DNA from: Oikopleura dioica
Taxonomy: Eukaryota; Animalia; Chordata
Assembly: GCA_907165135.1 (NCBI GenBank)
Contig: OU015569.1
Coordinates: forward strand, 9,052,001 to 9,116,000
Direction of reading: 5' to 3'
Length of the DNA: 64,000 bases
Positions 39,795 to 51,090 of the stretch are shown here, piece after piece. Positions within the stretch are counted from its first letter, which is position 1, and every line of letters begins with the position of its first letter. A program made the position numbers and the translations under genes. The notes under the pieces were generated by a model that saw nothing but the letters and a program-made list of their open reading frames with translations, ran no database searches and was not told the DNA's origin.

Positions 39795-42700
39795 TTACTT
39801 CTTTCCCCGCTTTTTTCGTCTAAAAAGAGCAAATTAGAAGCGTTCCAAGAGATGTTCTTACGATTTTGTTGATCGCTTAGAAGATGCGGGAGCCTGCTGC
39901 GTCTCTTCAGCTGGCTCTTCGTTGTCCGGGAGCTGTGGTGGGAGTTGTGGTGGGGGTCTGTGGAATCCAATCCAGATTAAGTAAGAGGGGTAGTCATGGC
40001 GGGGCGCTCCAAAACTTGCCCCAGAAAATCCAGGTTCTTCTTTAGGCCCTCGTGGAGGTGGTGGATCGTCCTCGTCATTTGCTGTCCGCGTCCTTGCTGG
40101 TGATTTTGAGGTGCCCGCTCGTGAGCGTTTCGGTTTCTTTGGAGATGGCTCGCTTTTTGTGGGAGATGCTCGTCCAGATGATGAGCTCTTGTCTGAAGCG
40201 CCGTTTTTAGATGCCGCTTTCTTCGTGCCTTTCTTCGTAGACTTTTTCTTGGCGGATTTCTTGGCCGTCGTTCTTTTCGTGACCTTATTTGTGTTATTCG
40301 TCCGTCTGTACGTTGGAGGTGTGTAAACTAAAAAACCGTTAATTCTGGTCAATATTGCGTATTCACTTTTTGGCGTGCTAGCGGCGCGTCGAGAGTAACG
40401 AAGGTTGAGTACTCTGTGAACTTCAAAGGCGTAGGCATAACTGGCTAGTTCTTCTTCAGAGACTGCAGCTTTCGCGCGACGCTTGCGTTTTTTACTTGCT
40501 ACAGGCTTTGGTAACTCTGCGTCGTTAGTCATGTCTATGACATCATCGACATCCGGTTCTTTTTCACTAAATTTGAATTGTTATGAGTAAAAATTTAAAA
40601 CTGATGTCGAAAATTGAGTACTTACGGGATAGGAACGTCGTTTTCTATATTTTCGTTATCTCCGTTATTTTCTTCCTCGGCATCATTTCTTATTGGGCTA
40701 TTACTTGCTTTAGCTCCAGCGTTTTCTTCTCCATCCTCCTCGTCTTCTTCTTCGGACAAATCAAACAGATTCGTTCGCAGATCATTGTAGTTAGCGTCTG
40801 TTTTGTCCACAGCGCTGATTTCTAACGAGACGTCTTCCATCTGAGTTGCACCATCATTGTCAATGGCAGACGAGTTGGCAGTTTCGCTGCTGATATCTGG
40901 TAGGCCATCTAAAGTTTCATCAACAGAGAGCAAACTACTGGTATTTGGAGTAGTAACAGTGTCTACTGTATCAGAATGACCAGTATCGTCTGCGTAAAGA
41001 GGAGCGAAATCTCCATTATTACTCCTCGTCCTCCCAGTATCGTTTTCTTCGTCATCGCTGTCCTCAGCAGCGCTTATATCTTCAAGGCCGTTAAAAACAC
41101 CGTTAATAGGTTCTGGCATTGATTCTGTCTCGTTGGACTCATCGACATTGTTTACAGCTTCTAGAAAGTCGGCAGTTTCGGTATCAGCTGAGTTTGTGTC
41201 TTCTGGCTCTCCGTTAGTTTCGGCGTCACCATTGACAAACGAATCTGTTGGTTCACTCTCGTCCAGATCTTCTTCTTGTCCTTCCTCTTCGACTTGTGAA
41301 TCATCCTCGATTTCATCCTCCAAGTCTTCTTCCACAGCCTCTTCAATAAGTTCCTCATTTAGATCGTCCTCGTCTTGTGAGATGACTTCTTCCTCGACTT
41401 CCTCGGACTCTGGTTCAGTTTTGACTCCCTTTTCAGGCTCTCTCACTTCTAGACCTTTGAGTCGTCTGTAAGCAAGGAAGGAGTCTTTTGATGATCCAAG
41501 ATAGCCGTTCTCTTCCGGTGATCCAAATATATTCACAGGCTCTCTATCAGGAACGTTGGCAAGCTTGTCGAAGTATCTCCTGGTAGCATACTTGTAATTG
41601 TAAACATCAACAGGCGACCACCAAGAATCCAAGCATCGGTGCAAGTACCTTTTAATTTGCCTGAACAACAAAATTAAAATAACGATCAAAAACGCGATTA
41701 TGATACACAAATTAACTCTTGTACTTAACCCGTTAACAGGGTGGTCGATTTTGCATACATTTTTGCCTGTCGATGATTGAGTGAAATCAAGGATCCGAGG
41801 TTGTGATAGGCTACCCGTTTCCACGCGTGCAGGTCAGACCTGCACGCTCCTGTTAACGGGTTAAGTACTTAAGTAAGTACTGCTTACTTCTCATTGAGCA
41901 TCCACTTTCGCATGGCATAGATGGTGTAGACGCCACAATCGTACTCGTTGAACTGCTGTGGAGAACTCTGGTGGTAGTAACGGAAGGGTAGGAATTTTTG
42001 GAAGCGGTTTGGGCCGTTCTTCAGACACTCGTCGCAAGGCCAGGGACGGTTCATCATTCCCCTAGTGGCTCGATCACAAACAAGTTTCCTGGGTCGCCGA
42101 CCATTTAAAATTTGCAGACCGTTGTCGGTTCTTATAAGCAGCCCTCGTTTTAGTAGATCCAGGTGAGTATCTTTGAGATCTGGGTTGTCTTCGTCTAAAT
42201 ATGAGCACTGGTAAAAATTCTCGACGAAAAGTTAGATACAACGAGTTGAGAGTGATCAGGCAAATAAATTTCGAAATTTTGGCGAAAATAGGGGGCGTGA
42301 AGCGAAAGCGAACTTCAGGGGTTGTCATTTTCGGGGGCGGAAGCGAAATTTTCGATTCGCTGTCGCTTCGCTTTTGGTGAAAATCGCCAAGCGAATAAAT
42401 ATGCCTGAGAGTGATGTCTTACCTAGAAACATCCCTGTTAAAAGCTCACAAGCTAATTCGCACTTTTGAATCCAATCCGACTTTGTAAGTGAGCACAAGT
42501 GATAGATCACTGGTTCTGATTCGTAGGGAGCGAACTGCGAGTACCGATTCGTGTCGATTCTTTCGTTTTCCAATAAATTGTATCTCTCTGCGAATTCCTC
42601 ACTCACGTCAGAGGGTGTGCCACCATTACCGTCAGGATTCACTGGCTGAAGTAATGTTAGCATGACAAGAAAAGATTTATATGTATTCATTATACTCAGT

Positions 42701-44084
42701 TCGAAAGAAACTTACCATATTAAAGACTTCCGTCGTTGGATCAGGATCAACGAGCCGCTCAACTGTCTTCCACGGGTTAACAACAACAATGAGACTCCAG
42801 TGTGCATCTTGATTGACAGGCAGAAAAAGATACTTTCTTCTGAGCGGGTTAAACTTTTTCTGTGCCTCTATTCTCTGAAATATTCTTTTGTCAAAAGAAT
42901 CAAGCTAACAACTCGAACCTTTTTATTGCGTCGTGGCCATATAAGATGTTTCACCGCTTCGTATCTGTTTGCTGGGTGTTGTATATGTCCACCAGGGCTT
43001 CGACGAAGTCTATGAATCGACGTCCAAACATACGTCGGAAGGATGTAGCACAGATCTTTATTTTCATCGCTCAGTTGGTCTGAAGTATATGAGCAATTGG
43101 ATATTGAGTATAAACTAATAACTTACCGATTTCTTTTAGAATAAGAGCTTCCATATCGTCATCACTTAACCAAAATTCCTTCAGTGGTTCTAAAAGCAGC
43201 AGCAATAGGAAGAAATTCTACTGTGCGGACTTACGCATGCCAGCCTCTCGTAGACGATCTTTCGTTGGTAGCAGCATCTTTGCTCTGGCTTTTTCATAGT
43301 CGAGCTCGTAAGAACCGAAATATGGGTCTTTTTTCTTTCCGAATATTTTTGTGAGCTAGAATTTTATCAATTTTGCGTTAAGTTGACTCAATCGTACCGC
43401 TGTTGGTGGCCTAGCCGCGAGACCATGTGGCTCGCGTGGTGTATCCACCATTCTGAATGATAGCAGGTAATGAAGTTATCTTTCAATATCAAGTAAGTTG
43501 TGATAAATTGTTCGGTGAATAAGCGAGAGTTGAACCTCGTATATTTAACTGCGTCAAAGGAGCTTTTAGGAATGTTATATTGCTTCGAATATAACAATGC
43601 AGATAAATGTAGAATTAACGCACTCGATTGAGTTGCGCCCGGTCGGTTGTTGCGTATCTATTCATTGCCGCCCCTGCTCTACACTGGGCGACGCGCAGTT
43701 GCCGAAGCTAGCACAACTCAAACGTTTTGTCCGTTTTTGGCTGATAACTGGAAGTTAACTGTAAATGAAAGGGGGAGGGGTCTTCCGAGGGTCTTCTCCT
43801 TTCATGCATTATTGGAGGCTGTAAATTATGGGAGTACCCTAAGACCAAGGGCGGTGAAAGGGGTACATAAAATGAGTATGTCCATCAAACCGTCCATTAG
43901 CCGGAAAAAGGCTTTGATAAATTGATTGATAACCAGGAAATTCATTTGCAGGAACTCCTACTATTTCTCCGTTTCTGAAGATTTTATATCTTTTATCCGG
44001 GTATTTCCGAATATCAAAGTAAGGACCCAAGTGCTCTATCATAGAAACACCACGAGGGGAATTCGCAGGTCGAGGTTCCGTCAT
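39795..44084 (-). CDS. Ulp/SENP (peptidase C48) SUMO-protease-like protein with an acidic, SIM-containing and basic C-terminal tail
   Basis: Spliced motifs WLSDDDM, YLFLPVNQDAHWSLIVVVNP, IYHLCSL and PQQFNEYDCGVY, followed by a ~300-aa acidic region, the SIM DDVIDMT and a Lys-rich KKSAKKKSTKK stretch. Confidence 0.8.
41729..41860. mobile_element. 132-bp piggyBac-type MITE in a Ulp/SENP intron
   Basis: TTAA|CCCGTTAACAGG ... CCTGTTAACGGG|TTAA, with an internal perfect hairpin CGTGCAGGTC-A-GACCTGCACG. Confidence 0.85.
42257..42407. mobile_element. 151-bp hAT-type MITE in a Ulp/SENP intron
   Basis: 8-bp TSD AGAGTGAT at 42249-42256 and 42408-42415; termini CAGGCA...TGCCTG. Removing it restores a ~44-nt intron. 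Confidence 0.8.
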
Positions 44085-45021
44085 TTTGATCTAGGAATGA
44101 GAAATTATAATTTTGAGATTAAAATATCAATGATGATTTTTAAGCAGTGAGCGAGAACAATGTTCTCTGAAAATGACATATTCTTATTCCTGTGGCTATG
44201 ATACCTTAAACTTGCACGCGATAATAATTTTAACGGGGCATTTGGTTCTCACGAAAAGAACATTTTTCTTATCGCATGAAGTCGAGGTAAAAAAAGCGCC
44301 AAGAATAAGACGAAATTGTCAATGTAAATTAAATAGAAAAATTCTTAGGCCAAGGGGTTTCTATTGGCGCAAAGGTGGTAGGGGTTTTATATCAAGAGAA
44401 AGGAGAACAATTAAATAGGGCAAAGGATGGCAAAGAAGTATGAACTAAAGGAGTATATAACTGAGTGATATAAGTGTAGAAAGTGAGTATGGATAAAGGG
44501 GAGTTGAACTAAGAACTTGAACTTAAGGAGAGGAGGAAATTAAAATAATGTTTCCTAAGGAGTAAATGGATACGCAATATTTTAAGCAAAATAACGGCGA
44601 AAGTTAAACTTCGAACGTGAACCTTAGGAACTCATTCGAAATTGAAAAGAGCGATTTCACTCTAAGGAATGTCAAAGTAATCAAGGTTTCCTGATAAAAG
44701 AAAGATGTAGCAAGAAAGCGAGGAGCATTCACCGCGAGCTAGCACGGGCGTAAAATAGCACAAGCTGCCTTACTGTGTAAATGAGACGAGAAAGATGTTC
44801 AGGAGTGGTTAGACAAATATAAAAGAGGACATTCACAAAGAGAATTAAAAGAGCAATTTTGTTTTGGCTTTGAGTAGCGTTGATAGGCTAGTTCTATCCA
44901 AGAGGTATTCGAATTTTTAGACGTGGCTAGCTAGCGTGCGCAATCATGCACTACACTAGTACAGTAGATAAAAGATGGACGGAAAGGGCCGTGGTCTTAA
45001 CGCTAGCGCCAGGCGAATTTA

Positions 45022-45554
45022 AACAGGTTTTTTTTAACGTTGCACATAATTTGTGGAGCGTTTTTGATGGTGTTAGAGTTGAGATATTTCAATTCTCTCT
45101 TTTGCACCTTATTTAGGAGGGTCTGTATTATGTTAAATAAGCTTTTCGTGTCGGCACCATCACTGGTGGTGGAGTAATCACGACATCCAAAATACACAAA
45201 AATCATGCGAAAAAATCTTGATGACGTCATTACTCCACCACCAACCTTGGTGCTGGCACCAAAAACTATCAGGATTATTTCGTATACATGTAGAAAACGT
45301 CCCTGTATGATAAAAAAGCATATCTGGTGCTTTTAAGGACTTTTCAAATTTTCTTCCACCATTCATACTTTGCCGCGAATTCCCAATTAATGACGTCATT
45401 ACTCCACCACCAGTGATGCTGCCGACACCAAAAGCTTATTTAACATACTACAGACCCTCCCCTACATGGTGCAAGAGAGATAACCAAAATAGCTCAACTC
45501 TAACCCGCGGAAAAATGCTCCACAAAAATGGTGCAACGTTAAAAAAAACCTGTT
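45022..45554. mobile_element. 533-bp foldback element, probable TTA TSD, directly after the CDK-inhibitor stop codon
   Basis: About 160-bp inverted arms (45022-45180 and 45395-45554), roughly 80-85% identical by eye; TTA|AACAGGTTTTTTTT ... AAAAAAAACCTGTT|TTA; internal TGACGTCATTACTCCACCACC repeats. Confidence 0.85.
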
Positions 45555-45561
45555 TTAGTCT

Positions 45562-46215
45562 TCAGGCGAAGGTGAAAAGATCTTCGGTGTTGCTAGATCG
45601 AGTGCGCATTCCAACCATCGAGCGCGTGTTGTAAGCATGAGCACCACCCATGACTCGGATTTTTTTCGGACTGGAGTCTTTGCTGAATTACAACCTTCTA
45701 TGGCCGTTCAAATGCAAAAACGACTTACGTTCTTTTTATAATCACGTAAGGGTCGACGGGAGCTTTCACAGGGGACTTCTTTATCGGCGTTTTGTGCACT
45801 TTATTGTCCAAAGATCTTGCCGCCTAAAAAAGTCTGTAACAGAGTGTCGCTTTCGTGATGTCTTACTCTCGTGCTAATTGCCTTCTTATTTCTAGGGGTC
45901 GATGGCATCAGACGCTTCGCTCGCTGGGCTTTCTTCGAGCGATAAAATCTAGGCACATGCTTTGCAGCTACGGGCTCCCAGCTATACTGAGAGTCAGGTG
46001 CATCAGCCGAAGAGAGAGGCCGATCAGCGGCGAAATCGTAGCCCCACCGAGCCGAGGCTTCTTGGATCTCCTCTTAATTCGTTCATTTCAATCAACAACA
46101 ACTTGCGATACTTACTTTTCTCGAGTTGACGAAAATCGCCATCAATGCGTTCTGAGCATCTGCTTCCAAAAAGTGATCTTCTAGCGCCACGCTTGGGGCT
46201 TCCCGCCGACTTCAT
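45562..46215 (-). CDS. Cip/Kip family cyclin-dependent kinase inhibitor
   Basis: CDI domain ARRSLFG...EASARWGYDFAADRPL...YSWEPV...VPRFY aligns to p27 CRNLFG...KWNFDFQNHKPL...YEWQEV...LPEFY; four exons with GT-AG introns. Confidence 0.88.
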
Positions 46216-46483
46216 TTTCTAAAGAGTCAAAATATGTGAGTTTGTTCATTGAAGGTAGGATAAAAATTTCGAATAAAATCAAAGTTTAAGAAATATCAGA
46301 TAGGTAAGTGAAAATAAATAGTTGATTGTTACAGAAAATTTAACATCAAAAGTTTTAACACAATCAAAAGAAGAGATAAAAAACAGGGTACATGATCGAG
46401 TGCTAAAGGCACTTTAAAACACAGGGAATGAATGTTTGTAAATTGGTAAAAATTCTATGAACAGGAGGAGACATCATTCCGTC

Positions 46484-47451
46484 TCAACATGGGAAAGAAC
46501 CGCGGAAAAGCCCGTCAGGAGTTTGATCGCCGTAGATCGCATTGAGTTTAATTGATCACTAATTCGACTCGAATCGGATTCAGACTCGTCGCTTTTGCCG
46601 CAGCCATCTTTATCAAAGAGGAGCACCGCCAAGTCACCGAAGGAGTGTTCTAGTTCCTCGCGTGTTAACTCCCTCTTTTCTTTCCGCGAGGGCGTCGTGT
46701 CCGAGTTGTCTTAATTCATAAATGAGATTTCGATTTATTCATATAAAGCCTATAAAAAAACATGTCCACTAAACTTTTCATCTCTTAATTACGAGGGGTC
46801 ATTACCGTAGTTAAGCTCAAAGCGTTCATCTCTGGAATAACTGGGCTCGTCTTCTTGTGAAGCAGAAAGCGGAGAGTTCTGATAAGTTGAATTTAATCGG
46901 CTTGTAGCGCCATCGAACGATTCGCGAAGATTGAGCTCAGCACTTGATAAGTCATCCATAGTTTGATACCATTTCCAAAGACTGCCACTCTCACGGCCTG
47001 AAACGAAATGTAAGCATTTTGAAGAAACGGCGAACGCCGTGGGAAGCAATGCGTTTTCGTCTTCTCAACTAATTTGATGCATTCTCAGCTAACGAAACAG
47101 GAATGATTTTAGGAATTACCGTCATCGACTGCCTGTTTTCTATTTCTGAACTGCGTTTTCAAGTTTTGTAGCTTGGCAGCCAGTTGCTCTCGCTCGTAAG
47201 TTCCGTCGCCGTCCAGTCCGCACCTTCTATTCATCTCATCCGCCACCTGAACCATGATTGCATCAAAAAACAGAAACAAGTTTACCTCTTGGAAAGATCC
47301 TTTTCCCAGCCGACCTGAACTGAGCATTCGATTTTGAAGAACGAACTTGTAGCAGTCGAGGAGTATTTCGACGTGGGCGTCGGGCATGCGCCCTCTTCTT
47401 TCGGATCCTAAATTTTTCGGATAGAATCACTCTTTCTCGCGAGGAACTCAT
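46484..47451 (-). CDS. Myb/SANT-like (trihelix/MADF-type) DNA-binding protein, copy B; start uncertain
   Basis: HVEILLDCY...VADEMNRR...TYEREQLAAKLQNLKTQF...SLWKWYQTMDDL. Confidence 0.65.
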
Positions 47452-47527
47452 AATAATGCTACGTTTGTGTGTTACTAAAAGACCTGATCTGCAGAATACA
47501 ATTTGTTGGTGTTTGTTAACTTAAAAG

Positions 47528-48988
47528 TCAAATAGAAGGCGACCCTTTTTTCGCTTGATTCAGGTCTAGCAGACATACTTGCGCATCAGTGCGTCTGGGG
47601 TCGGCAACCCATCTTTCAAACAAAAGATGGGAAAGGGAAAGATGGGTTTTCCGAAAGATGGGAATGGTGGGAAAGATGGGTTCAAAAGATGGGAAAGATG
47701 GGTTACAGAAAAGATGGGAAAGGTGGGTCACAAAGATGGGAATGTTGGGTCCCAAAGATGGGAATGATGGGTTTTAAAAAACGGAAAAATTTGTTTTCCA
47801 GAAAATGAGCGACAAATTTAATTTCATTCAAGGGCAAAACCCATTTTTCCCATCTTTCCCATCTTTTGCAAACCCAACTTTCCCATCTTTCAGACCAAAA
47901 GATGGGTGAGGGAAAAAGGGCAAAAACCCATCTTTCCCACCTTTCCCCTAACCCACCTTTCCCATCATTCCCATCTTTGAAAGATGGGTCGCCGACCCCA
48001 GCAGTGCGTGATGATCGAATTCTGCTAGCTTGAGTTCACAAAATACAACTTCCTTGGCGGAATTTACCTGGCAAGGAACCGTTCGCCGACGGATACGTGC
48101 TTGTCTGCTTTTTGTCGAGATCGAAGAGACTGGCGTCGACTTGGGAAGCGTCAATGAACCGCTCGCGTTCGCCCTTTCCTCCGCTACTTTCCGCATTTTC
48201 GTCCGTGCCAGAAGCGATTTTAACCTCGCGCTGTCCTCCTGAGAATAACTTCTTCTCCGGCGGCTCTAGGCTCTCCGATTCCGTTTGGTTTCTTTTCAGC
48301 TGAATAAAATGCTCAGTTCTTGGAATAAAACTTGTGGAATGAAAAGTTCCTGCGATTTTTAGTTCCGGTCTGCTAGTCACTGGAGCTTATTTTGCACAGG
48401 CTTTACCTTTCGATGAATTCCGTCGATAGATGGGATCATCACTTGTGAAACTTGTGCAAAGGTAACTGTGGCTGCATTTACTCTGCGTAAAGTAACTACG
48501 TCTCTGACAGTAACGTACTTTTTCGGACAGGCGTTTCATCTGCTTTTTCCAGCGCCAGGAGGAAGGGAGTCCGTTTCTTTCCTCTTTTTCGATTTCCCTT
48601 TTGAAGCTAGAAACGAGCAGCGAAATGCGATCGACGACCTGGTCCGCTTTGAGTTCGTGCTCCAGCTGCAACTCTGCGCTGAGCAATTTCGCCGCCTAAA
48701 CTACTCTTTCAGAAGATCACTCGACAGAAATGGATGGAGCGCGAAATTTCCAGCACCGAAATTCAAAACTTGACGAAATTTCCGACTTCCAACCTTTCCA
48801 TGGTCAACGTCGCCTTGCTCGGCTTGAGCAGCTAGAATCCTCAGCAACGCTTCGGTCTTGTCTTTCGTCCAGAACTTCTGGAAGGTCTCGCGTTTGTGCC
48901 GCGCCGAGAACGCTGTTCCGTCTTCGTCGAGTTCCTGTTTCTTGGAAGAGTCGAGCAGAGTCTCTTCTATTCCGCTTACTTCTTCCAT
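47528..48988 (-). CDS. Myb/SANT-like DNA-binding protein, copy A; last exon interrupted by a hAT MITE
   Basis: FWTKDKTEALLRIL...AAKLLSAEL...QVVDRISLLVSSFKREIEK...SSWRWKKQMKRL. The last exon reads ASRIRSSRTDAQVCLLDLNQAKKGSPSI* only if the MITE is removed. Confidence 0.65.
47595..48001. mobile_element. 407-bp hAT (Charlie-like) MITE
   Basis: 8-bp TSD CAGTGCGT (47587-47594 and 48002-48009); TIR CTGGGGTCGGC(A/G)ACCCATCTTTCAAA; opposing subterminal arrays of AAAGATGGG/CCCATCTTT. Confidence 0.92.
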
Positions 48989-49490
48989 TTTGAAGGAGAG
49001 CTTCTGGAGTCGGGCGACTTCTCTTGGAAAGACGGGCGCTGTTTGATTCTAGCGCAGGCTTTATTTACATGGGCGCGAGGGTGTTTATAAGTTGAATGTT
49101 GCGCCAAGCTGCCTTTCATTTTTCGTTCACCTACGAGCAAGGAGCTTCGAAAACTTTCGGAAATCTGATCATTTTTGGACGAATGGCGCGCACAACCAAA
49201 ATGCGCGGCGACCAATCGAAAGCCTTGCTCGGGGCACAAATGGAGCACGTACTGGCGCGTAGTAGCGCTCTTCTCACGTACCAACTCGCCCCAATCCAAA
49301 AAGGTTGAGAAAAAGGAAAAATCACTTCCCGCCGCGCAAACAGCAGTTCCACTTCTCTCTTTGCTTTCTCACATTCGCCGAGTGGAAGGGAGGTTCGCGT
49401 CTTGTGAACTAGCCCCGCTTAGGTGGCGACAAACAGCACAGAAGTAGTCATGCTTGAACGGACATCCTCGGGAATATCATCTCCGAATAG
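48976..49490 (-). CDS. Possible small hypothetical gene between RNF4-like and Myb-like A
   Basis: Cys-containing exon candidates (FCAVCRH; ELVREKSATTRQYVLHLCPEQG); structure unresolved. Confidence 0.35.
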
Positions 49491-49673
49491 TCCCTTACTC
49501 TTTCTTTAGTAACATGGCGTTTTTGAAAATACTTTATTGTCTAACACAGAATCTGACTTAAGACTAAAAACGAAGGCAGTTGACGCTGCTGTAGTGATGC
49601 TGAGGGTGAATAGGATTTAATGAGATTTAGAAAAAAGACGCAGAAAATATCCAAAAATGTGTCAGGAAAAAAA

Positions 49674-51090
49674 TTACACAAAGAGTTCGATCAACTGCCG
49701 AAGGGAGTATTTCTTTCGGCACTTGGGGCAATGGTTGACGACTTGGTTCGGGCCCGGCATTCTTCCGTACACGGAGCATGCAGCCATCTCCAGACACGGC
49801 CTGCAAAACGGATGTCCGCAGGGAGTCGTCACTATCTAAAAAGAAGCGAAATTGAAAAGAAACTTTGAGCAAAAAAAATACCTTTTTGCCGCTGCTTCTG
49901 ATTTCGGCCATCGTTTCCATGCAAATGTTGCAGGAGAAGCCAATGTCTGCTGGTGGCGGCGGAGGAGCGTTCCTTGAATCGGGCTGGTTCGTCAGCGGAA
50001 TCAGTTCTTTCAGAACTATCTTTGGTCGCTTTCTAGCTGCTTTCACGGGTGCTTTCGGACTCGGTTCTAAAATTGATTGATGAATTACCCAAATCCGTCC
50101 AAAAGAAGAAAACGGCATGAAAATAAAATACTATTGATTGTTCGTTACTTCATAATCGAGTTTGAAAATCTCGAGCAAAAAATGAGCGAATTTGACACGG
50201 TTCTTACTTTGCTGAGGAAGGTCAGTACTGGCACTGCTCATCGATAAATGAGGGTTAAATAGAGTTCGAGGAAGATAACCCCCGAAAACGTGAACCCCGC
50301 TTATATGACTTCGAAACGCTCTCGATGAAAATAGAAGCTCTTTTTTAACTTACTTACGAAAGAAAAAGAACTAATTTCGAAGCCCGTTTCTAAAATAATT
50401 CCAAAACGTACTTTTTTGCGGCTCGTTCTGTCGACCGCCGTTAGCAGCAGGAGCACGGTCTTCTTCTTCATCGCTGTCGTCGATCGAAATGACGGTTTGG
50501 CTGAGGCTCGGGCGCTTTTTCGCTCGTTGATTCTTGTTATTGGTATTTGTAAGGTCGACGCAAACGGGCAGTTCTCCTGATTCTTCCGAGTCGGAAATGC
50601 TAAAAAGAAAAATTAGTTTAAACGAGCGACACTAAAGAGAAAAAATACCAAATTATGCCTGAGGAGTTTGCCGAGGAGTTGCACGAGGAGGTGGAGGGAC
50701 TGTCAATTGCGTCCAGGTCCAGGATTTGCTTTTTGTTTACTTTCGTTCTGTTCCTTGCGGAAACTGATTTGGTTGCCATTTGACGAGGTTGTTCTACTGG
50801 CGGAACAACTTCTGCTTCATCTAAATCGATTGGCAATTGACAATTGTTGAAGAATAAAAAAGGGAAAGATCGAGTAGCGTCACCTTCGCTAGAGTAAAAA
50901 AGAGCGGCTTAATCTCATGGTCGTAATGTTTGCCAAATTATTGTTCATTTGTTAAAAGAGCGCGCTAGAGAAGCCGAGATAATTCAGACAAACCTTGAGA
51001 AACTGGAGCAGCGGCGGCGATCTGTTCCGACTGCGGTTGTTCGGATTGAGAAGATGCTTCCAGAGATCTTCGTTGCGAGCGTGTTCGCAT
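49674..51090 (-). CDS. RNF4: RNF4-like SUMO-targeted ubiquitin ligase (tandem SIMs plus C-terminal RING)
   Basis: First exon MRTRSQRR; SIM-like ILDLD, VCVDLT and VISIDDSDEEED; C-terminal C3HC4 RING CNICME...TPCGHPFCRPC...CPKCRKK...IELFV*. Confidence 0.8.

Noticed and set aside
41680-41824. Apparent TM-containing N-terminus (METGSLSQ...CIIIAFLIVILILLF) of the 400-aa ORF
   Set aside because: It is read-through of a piggyBac MITE and an intron polypyrimidine tract; the real exon starts at the AG near 41663.
39795-44084. Ulp1 domain as cargo of a Mutator/Ginger/Zisupton-type transposon
   Set aside because: No flanking TIR/TSD or transposase was found around it, and it has many short host-type introns.
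44160-45020. Strongly purine-skewed stretch as a possible LTR or ncRNA
   Set aside because: No second copy, PBS or PPT context; composition matches a minus-strand 3'UTR like the plus-strand pyrimidine-rich DDX3 UTR at about 960-1200.
47579-47777. ORFs with KDG/RWE/KMG repeats, and a repeat array that could be mistaken for CRISPR or a telomeric repeat
   Set aside because: These are subterminal 9-12-bp repeats of a hAT MITE bounded by TIRs and an 8-bp TSD; there are no unique spacers and no cas genes.
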